A DNA stretch of 64,000 nucleotides, from IMG/VR virus record IMGVR_UViG_3300003690_003063, positions 48,059 through 112,058 of that record; one strand, written 5' to 3'. Made by a program: the position numbers and the translations under genes. The notes beneath the pieces were generated by a model. That model made no database searches. It was given only the letters and a program-made list of their open reading frames with translations, and had not been told where the DNA came from. Below are positions 57,027 to 64,000 of this stretch, piece by piece (the first letter of the stretch is position 1; each line of letters starts with the position of its first letter). The DNA comes from a virus.

Positions 57027-57938
57027 ATGTCAAAAAAGAATCTATTAAGTGAATCTCAGGTTCGTCACTTCATGAAGTTGGCTAAGCTGGAACCTCTCAC
57101 TCCTGGCTTTGTGAATGGGCTGCTGGAACGAGGGGGTAAGGCGGGCGACGAGGACGATGAACCCGGCGAAGAAGGGCGCAAAGACTACACAGCTAAGAAA
57201 GAAAAGTCTGTTAAAGAAGTGCGTACTGGCACAGACCCCACTCCCAATCTAGGAACTGCGCGCCGAGGCCATGGCCGAGGGCGCGGCGGACAAGATCGAC
57301 TTGAGGAGGTGGCCCCCGAAGAGGAGCTTGAGCTGGATGCCGCTGATGACCTTGCCGGCGGATCGCCCGAAGAAGATGAAGAAGCTGATGTTGATCTTGA
57401 AACAGCCGAGGACGAAGAGCTCGGCGACCTTGGTGAACCCGGCGCTGACGAGGGCGGCGGCCGCATGGTTTCAGTTGATGATTTCTTGGCGTCGCTCGAA
57501 AGTGCTCTCGAAGAGTTTCTTGGCGACGAGGTGGAGATGGACACATCTGAGATGGAAGATGAGGAAGAGGGCGACGTTGAAGATGAAGTTGAGCTTGACG
57601 CTGAGTTAGCCCCAGCCCTAGGCGGCGAAGAAGAGCTTGGAGCCGAAGACGAACTCGAACTTGAAGAGGGTGTCTTTGGTGGCGGCGACAAATACGAGAA
57701 ACTGGCCAAGGGCAAGAAAGACTCCTATGCACCTGACCCTGAGGAAGGTGAAGAAGAGTGGAAGGGTTCGGCCCCCGGCGAGTCCAAAAGACTACGCCCC
57801 CGCGTCCGAGGTCACGCTACGGGCGGCGGCGGCATGAAGATCGGTGGCATTACGGCCGAAGGTCAGGATGATCTCGTGGAGCAACTCACCAAACGCGTTG
57901 CCGCGAGAATTTTGAAGAGCGCTCTTTCCAAGAAGTAA
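57027..57938 (+). CDS. Very acidic low-complexity putative head-internal protein
   Basis: N-terminal LLSESQVRHFMKLAKL; preceded by CTATTTAA and followed by a terminator. Confidence 0.6.
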   Translation: MSKKNLLSESQVRHFMKLAKLEPLTPGFVNGLLERGGKAGDEDDEPGEEGRKDYTAKKEKSVKEVRTGTDPTPNLGTARRGHGRGRGGQDRLEEVAPEEELELDAADDLAGGSPEEDEEADVDLETAEDEELGDLGEPGADEGGGRMVSVDDFLASLESALEEFLGDEVEMDTSEMEDEEEGDVEDEVELDAELAPALGGEEELGAEDELELEEGVFGGGDKYEKLAKGKKDSYAPDPEEGEEEWKGSAPGESKRLRPRVRGHATGGGGMKIGGITAEGQDDLVEQLTKRVAARILKSALSKK

Positions 57939-57946
57939 AATAACGC

Positions 57947-57975
57947 TTGACTTTCAAGCACTCCTAACATATACT
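57947..57975 (+). promoter_or_regulatory. Sigma70-type promoter
   Basis: TTGACT-17-TATACT. Confidence 0.65.
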
Positions 57976-57976
57976 A

Positions 57977-58006
57977 GAGGCTGTGGGTAATCCCCACGGC
58001 CTTTTT
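57977..58006 (+). terminator. Intrinsic terminator
   Basis: aggctgtggg-taatc-cccacggcct-tttt. Confidence 0.8.
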
Positions 58007-58020
58007 AGTTTGGGATACAT

Positions 58021-58419
58021 ATGTATGAAGTTACTACACACGACCTAATGATTTTTGTGGTCTTAGGTTTTTGCGCAGGTGTTTTTGCGACCTATTATCT
58101 AGCGCGGCTCTTTGAGGTGATCCACACCTGGCGCCTTGTCCAAGAAACGGTGGCGTACTTGTTAATGATGTGCGCCAAGATAGCGGAAGATGTGGCCTTC
58201 CTTGATGAAGTGAAACGAATGCACATGGAAAAAGCAGATTTCACCCGAGAGCAAATTCGTGAGTTTAAGAAAGTAGACCAACATACCTTGACAAACTGGA
58301 AGGACTCAGTTATACTATCTATAGTGAAGAGAGCACCGCCTCACTTCCGTTCGTTGCTTCCGTTCAAGAACTGGGACGAAGCGATGAAGTTTATGAATAA
58401 TGCCCTTAAGGGCGAGTAG
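58021..58419 (+). CDS. Hypothetical protein with N-terminal transmembrane helix
   Basis: LMIFVVLGFCAGVFATYYL. Confidence 0.65.
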   Translation: MYEVTTHDLMIFVVLGFCAGVFATYYLARLFEVIHTWRLVQETVAYLLMMCAKIAEDVAFLDEVKRMHMEKADFTREQIREFKKVDQHTLTNWKDSVILSIVKRAPPHFRSLLPFKNWDEAMKFMNNALKGE

Positions 58420-58442
58420 CCTTACGGGCAGAAAGAAACATA

Positions 58443-59072
58443 ATGTTTTATATTAAAGCAGAGCAGGAAGGGGCCGACGACCCTGTCTTTGAAGAAGAGG
58501 AAGAAAAATCGACATCGCCCTTTGAGTGTGAAGAAGAAGAGCCCCTTGTAGGTCTGGTGGGTGAGATTACCGAAGAAACGGCGCAGCAGGTTGTGCTGAT
58601 GCTATTGAGTCTTAACGGAGGGAAGGTCTTGCGGGACGAGGAACCTGAGGAAAGGCCGGAAGATATTGAGTTCTTTATTTCATCGTCGGGTGGGAGTGTA
58701 AGTGAGATGTTTACCATTTATGATGTAATGGATCTTGTTAAAAGACGCCGGGACATTGCTACATTTGGCTACGGCAAGATTGCATCTGCGGCGGTTCCAC
58801 TCTTAGCTGGCGGTACACCTGGAAAGCGTTATATAGCCAAACACGCTAGGCTGATGCTTCATCACTGTTATAGCAATGCGAGTGGGCCGCGGCCAACCAT
58901 GCACGCCAACTTTAATGAGCTGAAGAAGGTCGAAGATATGATGGTGAGCCTTCTTGCTGACAACTCGAATTTGTCGGCTGGAGAAATATTTGATATCTTC
59001 TCCAAGAATACAGACGAATATTTCTCCGCACAGGAAGCATTAGAAATGGGTCTTGTTGATAAAATCATCTAA
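58443..59072 (+). CDS. clpP: ClpP-family protease
   Basis: SSSGGSV, IASAA (catalytic Ser), MLHH, DEYFSAQEALEMGLVD. Confidence 0.88.
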   Translation: MFYIKAEQEGADDPVFEEEEEKSTSPFECEEEEPLVGLVGEITEETAQQVVLMLLSLNGGKVLRDEEPEERPEDIEFFISSSGGSVSEMFTIYDVMDLVKRRRDIATFGYGKIASAAVPLLAGGTPGKRYIAKHARLMLHHCYSNASGPRPTMHANFNELKKVEDMMVSLLADNSNLSAGEIFDIFSKNTDEYFSAQEALEMGLVDKII

Positions 59073-59099
59073 TTAGTATTAGCCTTGAGAGGATTACCT

Positions 59100-60749
59100 A
59101 TGGATATTGATACGATGGTGGAGAACCACTTTAAAAAGAACCGAGACATTTCCGGTTTCGAGAGCATCGCTCAGTTGATCGAAGAAGTGATGGATACGAT
59201 GGAAGCGTTGGGGACGGACCCGAAGCTCCTGTACGAAGCAGACAAACCGGCCGGCCCCACCGGAGCGCAGGAACGGGAGCGTGTATTGCGCTTACCCAAT
59301 GTGATGCCTACTGAGATTACGGTAGGCCAGAAGCCCGGCAGCGAAGACCGAAAGATGTTTGAGTTGTGGATGGGCAATCTAGGGATTTCCGGTGGCGGCG
59401 GCGATGCCAGCGCAGTGAAGCAAAAACTGACTGCTATCACCCAGTTCTTCGCCAATCCCGAAGCCAACCTCAAAGATGCATCGATTCCCAAGACGTTATC
59501 TTATTTAATGTTCCTTAATCAATTCGTATGGATGCTTCAAGAGTTTAATGCATCCGTAGCGGGATTCCTTTGGGAGCCCTTTTTGGCGGCTTTATTTGGG
59601 GGCAAGTCCCGACAGGTACCCACCAGTGAGGGCGATATCGCGGATATTCAAATTGACATGGGTGGGGGCGAGATGGCGCCGGTGAGTTTAAAAATTCTAA
59701 ATGAGGTGGGCATAGTTAAAGGAAGCTTTACGGATCTTGTCGGTCACTTTGCGAAAGGCGGTACTGAAATGCGATACGTCATTGTGGTAAAAGAAAAAGG
59801 CGGGGAGGACGTAGCTGGAGTTAAATTTTTTGAGTTTAATATTACAGCCGATAGCTTCTTTCAGTGGATCGGTGGATCTGCGTACGAGCAAGAGGCAGAG
59901 ATGAAGAGGGTTGAATTCACCTTGGCGAGCGCAGGCAAACAAGATTTTCTCAAACTAGGGGGTTCTAAAGTTGATGCCGAAGGTCCAACGGGAGAAGGGC
60001 CCTGGATTTGGATCCGTACAGCTAAAAGCAGTAGGGGCAAAGCCGTTCCGGCGTGGGTGCGAATTGGGAAGATCGACCCAAAGACTAAGTTAGCCAAGCT
60101 CGATCCTACCCTCCCGAAACGAACTGAAAAAGGCGGAATAGATGTAGACCTTCAGGGAGTTCCAGAAAATGGAGTAGTGGATCCAGCAAAGACTCCACTG
60201 AGTGCCAACATTGCTGTTTATAAGGAAGGCGGCGATGGCGCCGCGCAAGTCCAAGCACAGTACAAAGAAAAGCCCGGTCAAGCTGGGCCCGACACCGACA
60301 AGTTATGGGGAGGTAGTGAGGCTCTTGGTAAATGGGGAGCCCTGGCTTCAAAGCTGGGAGATCCTGCTAAATTCTTTCAAGCGGTCCAAGGCAAAATGAA
60401 GGGGGTAAATGCTGCTCCCGGGTACGGAAAAGAACAGTTTCATATTTCACCCACTCATTACACCCAGTTAGCGGAGGACATTGGAGGATTAGAGATTTCT
60501 GCGGAGGCAACGAAAGAGTTTTTCAAACTTGCTGCTGCGAGAATAAATGAAGATTTACGAGTAATGTTTAACTCGCTGGCTGATTTGACTGATAATATAG
60601 GACGGTTTTTCTTAGCGGATTGCGGAGGCAATCAGTGCAGCGAAGAGGATGCTGCCAATCGCACCGAGAGAGGAAACCAAGCGATGGCAGATGCTAAGCT
60701 TCTAGAAGATGCTGTTGCCAAGTCGGTGGGACAGCTACAAGAAAAATAG
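59100..60749 (+). CDS. Hypothetical protein with possible PD-(D/E)XK-like core
   Basis: Start ATG 59100 after GAGG; GFLWE.FLAAL...IADIQ...VSLK. Confidence 0.55.
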   Translation: MDIDTMVENHFKKNRDISGFESIAQLIEEVMDTMEALGTDPKLLYEADKPAGPTGAQERERVLRLPNVMPTEITVGQKPGSEDRKMFELWMGNLGISGGGGDASAVKQKLTAITQFFANPEANLKDASIPKTLSYLMFLNQFVWMLQEFNASVAGFLWEPFLAALFGGKSRQVPTSEGDIADIQIDMGGGEMAPVSLKILNEVGIVKGSFTDLVGHFAKGGTEMRYVIVVKEKGGEDVAGVKFFEFNITADSFFQWIGGSAYEQEAEMKRVEFTLASAGKQDFLKLGGSKVDAEGPTGEGPWIWIRTAKSSRGKAVPAWVRIGKIDPKTKLAKLDPTLPKRTEKGGIDVDLQGVPENGVVDPAKTPLSANIAVYKEGGDGAAQVQAQYKEKPGQAGPDTDKLWGGSEALGKWGALASKLGDPAKFFQAVQGKMKGVNAAPGYGKEQFHISPTHYTQLAEDIGGLEISAEATKEFFKLAAARINEDLRVMFNSLADLTDNIGRFFLADCGGNQCSEEDAANRTERGNQAMADAKLLEDAVAKSVGQLQEK

Positions 60750-60750
60750 T

Positions 60751-60778
60751 TTGACATTATAAATAAATGTGTTATAAT
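60751..60778 (+). promoter_or_regulatory. Sigma70-type promoter (groEL)
   Basis: TTGACA-16-TATAAT with TGn. Confidence 0.75.
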
Positions 60779-60802
60779 AACAATAGGAAAGAGGGGTAAC
60801 GT

Positions 60803-62377
60803 TTGCCCAAGTGTAAATTTGAGTCTCGCTCTGAGTTAAATGCAAAGGTATTAAAGGGCGTTAACGCTCTAGCGGATAGTGTAGCCGCAACATTGGGCCC
60901 GAAAGGACGTAATGTTATCCTACAGGAGAAAGGCAAGGATCCTTTTATCACGAAGGACGGCGCCACGGTATCGGCATTTGTTCATTTTGACGATGAGTTT
61001 GAAAATGCTGCAGCTCAGATCCTGAAACAGGCGACTTCTCAAACCAACACGATGGCCGGGGACGGCACTACCACCGCGACTGTATTGGCTCAAGCTATAC
61101 TTACAAAAGCCCAGCGCTACATCACGGCGGGAGCTTCCCCTGTTGAATTAAAAAGAGGAATAGATGTGGCCGTCGAAGCGGTTGTCGGGCACCTTAAGGA
61201 GGTCGCTCTACACATTGAAACGCTTGAAGATATAGAAAATATTGCTACCATTTCGGCTAACAATGATATAACAATTGGAAAGCTAATTGCGATGGCGGTA
61301 GATCAGGCCGGTAAGGATGGGTCTATCACGATTGAAGAATCAAAGACGGTTGACACCTCTTTAGATGTAGTGGAAGGATTTAGATTAGAGGCTGGATATG
61401 TCGCCTCGGCTTTTGTAACCGACGAGAGACGTGCCGCGGTGGTGTATGATGCGCCGCTTCTTTTGGTTACCGACAACCGAATTGAAACGGTTGACCAGAT
61501 TCTTCCTGCGTTGGAATTGGTCGCGCGCGACTCACGACCATTAATTATTGTAGCCGAAGAGGTGGAGGGTCAAGCTTTGGCTGCGCTCATAATGAACACG
61601 GTTCGCGGTACCATGAAAATAGCGGCCGTCAAGGCCCCTTTCTACGGGGAACGACGGCGAAATATTTTATCCGACTTGGCCCTGTCAACAGGAGCAGAAT
61701 TTTTTTCACGCGACTCGACGGTACGGCTGAAAGATATCAAGCTTTCTCATTTTGGGCAATGCCGGTCGGTTGATATCACCAAGATAGGCACTACCATCAT
61801 TGGAGGAAAGGGCGATTTTAAGCAGATCGATAAAAGAATTGAGCTGTTAAAAAAGGAATTGGGTGCCACAGATGAAATGCGTGAGTGCGATAAACTACAA
61901 GAACGAATTACAAAGCTCGCGGCTGGGGTAGCCATCATTAGAGTGGGTGCCCCGACGGAGGTAGAAATGATTGAAAAGAAACATCGTATTGAAGATGCGC
62001 TTGAAGCGGTAAAGTCGGCCCAGGAAGAGGGTGTTGTTTGTGGGGGAGGCGTTGCTTTATTAAATGCCCGCGAGGCTATACAACGGAGCACCGTGGATAA
62101 TGAAGATCAGCGGTTAGGAATGGATATTGTATATGATGCCGCCAGCACCCCTCTTCGACAGATGGCTCTCAATTGTGGGCTCTCCCCCGATCTGGTAGAA
62201 GCCGAAATCAAAGGCGCGCCCAAAAATTACGGCTATAATTTTCGAGATTTTTTGCTTGTTGACATGATACAAAGCGGCATAATTGACCCCGTAAAGGTTA
62301 CTAGAGTCGCTCTTCAGAATGCGGCTTCGGCAGCTGGAACATTAATTACAACTTCGCACGCGATTGTCGAGGTGTAA
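60803..62377 (+). CDS. groEL: Chaperonin GroEL
   Basis: TLGPKGRNV, ITKDG, GDGTTT, GGGVAL, IIDPVKV. Confidence 0.96.
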   Translation: MPKCKFESRSELNAKVLKGVNALADSVAATLGPKGRNVILQEKGKDPFITKDGATVSAFVHFDDEFENAAAQILKQATSQTNTMAGDGTTTATVLAQAILTKAQRYITAGASPVELKRGIDVAVEAVVGHLKEVALHIETLEDIENIATISANNDITIGKLIAMAVDQAGKDGSITIEESKTVDTSLDVVEGFRLEAGYVASAFVTDERRAAVVYDAPLLLVTDNRIETVDQILPALELVARDSRPLIIVAEEVEGQALAALIMNTVRGTMKIAAVKAPFYGERRRNILSDLALSTGAEFFSRDSTVRLKDIKLSHFGQCRSVDITKIGTTIIGGKGDFKQIDKRIELLKKELGATDEMRECDKLQERITKLAAGVAIIRVGAPTEVEMIEKKHRIEDALEAVKSAQEEGVVCGGGVALLNAREAIQRSTVDNEDQRLGMDIVYDAASTPLRQMALNCGLSPDLVEAEIKGAPKNYGYNFRDFLLVDMIQSGIIDPVKVTRVALQNAASAAGTLITTSHAIVEV

Positions 62378-62379
62378 AC

Positions 62380-62387
62380 CTATTTAG
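62380..62387 (+). promoter_or_regulatory. Putative late promoter CTATTTAG
   Basis: Before the TM protein at 62409. Confidence 0.6.
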
Positions 62388-62408
62388 TGAAGCCGGAGGA
62401 TTCCCACT

Positions 62409-62690
62409 GTGAACGACGAAGAACAACAGAAGTTGACTATTATGATGACGGAGGTAGCAGCGAAAATGCAGGTTTTGCTTGACAAACAAGATGAGCTTGC
62501 CGAGAATATTTCTAAAATTAAGGAGGCTGTGTATAATCCAGATCAGGGGCTTTACGCACGCCTAACAAGCTTGGGTGCCCGCCTCGACAGCCTAGAACAA
62601 TGGAAATATAACAACACCAAAGTAATGTGGTTAATTGCTAGTGTGAGCATTGGGCTTTTAGTGAACACAGCGTGGCACGCAATATTTTAA
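62409..62690 (+). CDS. Coiled-coil plus C-terminal TM protein (XhlA/holin-like candidate)
   Basis: GGAGG RBS, late-type motif upstream, VMWLIASVSIGLLV. Confidence 0.5.
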   Translation: MNDEEQQKLTIMMTEVAAKMQVLLDKQDELAENISKIKEAVYNPDQGLYARLTSLGARLDSLEQWKYNNTKVMWLIASVSIGLLVNTAWHAIF

Positions 62691-62707
62691 AAAGAAAGGA
62701 AAAAAGA

Positions 62708-63052
62708 ATGAGATTGAAATTATCTTACACTGTTAAAGAAGAAGACGTATTAGCTGAAGCGGCAAAATTAATTGGTATATCGGCCGACGATGTCCAGCGC
62801 ATAATCGGTCTTTTCGCGGAAGTTCAAGCCGAGTTAAAGGGGGATGGAGAATCCTCACCGAATATAGGCAAAAGCCTAGAAATGCTGGACGATTTTCGAC
62901 AAAAGCTTATGTCTGTTGATACGCGCGTGGCAGAAGTGGTTCAGATTGTGGTCGGGTATCAAGAGTTTTTAGTGCGCCCTGTTGAGATACCTGAAGAGCC
63001 CCCCTTCCCTGAGGTGCTCGACGCAGAACCGCCAGCGGCGGATACTGACTAA
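62708..63052 (+). CDS. Hypothetical protein
   Basis: ATG 62708 after AAGGA. Confidence 0.65.
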   Translation: MRLKLSYTVKEEDVLAEAAKLIGISADDVQRIIGLFAEVQAELKGDGESSPNIGKSLEMLDDFRQKLMSVDTRVAEVVQIVVGYQEFLVRPVEIPEEPPFPEVLDAEPPAADTD

Positions 63053-63304
63053 ATGAGAACGTTTTATCAGATAGGCGATTTAGTTCATATTCCGCAGGCG
63101 GTTGAACTAATAGAGTGTCGTCAAGGTCTACTGGGGGACCCCCAGCTTCTCATCCCCCTGCGTGTGCGAGAAACTGATCACCCAGAGGTGGGAATAGTTA
63201 CCCAGACTTCGCCGCACGGATACGTTAGAATATATTGTAATGGCGACCATTGGAGTGTCAAGAGCGATCGTGTTTATTGTCTTAATGGAGAACTTTCATC
63301 GTGA
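63053..63304 (+). CDS. Hypothetical protein
   Basis: Coupled ORF. Confidence 0.6.
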   Translation: MRTFYQIGDLVHIPQAVELIECRQGLLGDPQLLIPLRVRETDHPEVGIVTQTSPHGYVRIYCNGDHWSVKSDRVYCLNGELSS

Positions 63305-63609
63305 TAAGGTTTATAGAGGTCATTAGTGAAGCCGAATTTGATCCCCGCGCGGGAAGAGGGGCGCCCCTTCAATTCAGGCTCGGAGAGGTGTGGATCAATG
63401 AGAATTATGTGGTCAGTATTCGAGAGGCCCTCAAATATAAGTCGTTGCTTAAGGAGGGTTCGCTGCCCCCTGATCTTGAGCCCTCTCACACTTTTACGTC
63501 AGTTGTTACCCAAAACGGGCAACTAACTGAAACGCACGTTGTTGTGGGTACTCCGTCGCACGTAGCCTCTTGTCTCAATCAAGATACAAAGACTTTATTG
63601 AAAGGATAG
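63301..63609 (+). CDS. Hypothetical protein
   Basis: GGAG RBS, GTGA overlap. Confidence 0.6.
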   Translation: MIRFIEVISEAEFDPRAGRGAPLQFRLGEVWINENYVVSIREALKYKSLLKEGSLPPDLEPSHTFTSVVTQNGQLTETHVVVGTPSHVASCLNQDTKTLLKG

Positions 63610-63620
63610 AAAATAATTAC

Positions 63621-63648
63621 TTGACAACCAGGCCTCCAGTGTTATAAT
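63621..63648 (+). promoter_or_regulatory. Sigma70-type promoter (hsp20)
   Basis: TTGACA-16-TATAAT with TGn. Confidence 0.75.
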
Positions 63649-63695
63649 ATAACTTATGAGCGGTACAGCTTATACCATGAAGGAGATTTAGATAT

Positions 63696-64000
63696 ATGTA
63701 CCCGGTTTTAAGTAACAGGTTTCGGACCCAGAGGAGCCTCCTCGACGCTTTTTTAGGTGACGATTTTTTCAGTGCTGGAACCCCCAGCATTATCGATGAT
63801 TATGATGTTCGTACGAATGTCGCGACCAACGATGAGGAATACAGAATTGATGTAGTGGCCCCGGGCCTCGATAAGGATGATATGAAGGTTAAGGTTGAAA
63901 ACGATCAGCTTTATGTTTCATATGATAACGGACATACTGATAAAACGGAGCGAGTTTATTATCGCTCTTTTACCCGTTTCTGGAAGCTTCCTTCCGACGC
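63696..64000 (+). CDS. Small heat shock protein Hsp20 (3'-truncated by window)
   Basis: AAGGAG RBS; YRIDVVAPGLDKDDMKVKVEND.L.VS...RSFTRFWKLP. Confidence 0.88.
   Translation, partial: MYPVLSNRFRTQRSLLDAFLGDDFFSAGTPSIIDDYDVRTNVATNDEEYRIDVVAPGLDKDDMKVKVENDQLYVSYDNGHTDKTERVYYRSFTRFWKLPSD

Noticed and set aside
1-64000. All minus-strand ORFs in the track (e.g. 29816..30508, 57185..57715, 44322..44810)
   Set aside because: They are antisense shadows of well-supported + strand genes, with no recognisable motifs
1-64000. Stop-codon reassignment as in some large phages
   Set aside because: Conserved genes are full length in code 11 and end in TAA, TAG and TGA
44710-64000. Host chromosome or prophage flank (groEL, dnaE, guaB, clpP, iscU)
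   Set aside because: Genes are divergent, on one strand, out of bacterial operon context and interleaved with phage-type genes; no integrase or att site seen
1-64000. tRNA or rRNA genes
   Set aside because: No cloverleaf-like sequence found in the short intergenic regions by eye; tRNAscan would be decisive

Overview
A 64-kb segment of a large tailed dsDNA phage with a T4-like head and contractile tail; no host DNA is evident. Essentially all credible genes are on the + strand and use the standard genetic code. About 1-36.8 kb is the virion module: fibre/LamG proteins, large terminase, portal, prohead protease, acidic head-internal proteins, ribosomal protein bS21, neck gp14 and gp13, scaffold, major capsid, tail terminator, sheath, tube, tail/hub assembly chaperones, tape measure and baseplate. 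About 36.8-64 kb is the replication, nucleotide and host-takeover module: compact PolA, MazG-like pyrophosphatase, tubulin-like protein, gp32-like SSB, Hc1-like protein, RecA/UvsX, deaminase, 5'-3' exonuclease, DnaB, class II RNR, IscA/IscU, GroES, DnaE, a type II R-M pair, dUTPase, IMPDH/GMPR, a sigma-region-4 mini protein, ClpP, GroEL and Hsp20. Two promoter classes are visible: sigma70-like TTGACA/TATAAT in the replication module, and a CTAnTTAn octamer before virion genes (putative late promoter). Main leads: (i) modular leader/tail peptides that look like a capsid-addressing system on unrelated cargo proteins; (ii) a start-less gp51-like ORF reachable only by a +1/-2 frameshift at C-TTT-TTT-T; (iii) a duplicated RNA hairpin motif after ssb; (iv) an unannotated Cys-Cys micropeptide; (v) several frameshifting deletion scars (fibre gene, recA, iscA/iscU). 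All family assignments are from motif recognition and synteny, not database searches.
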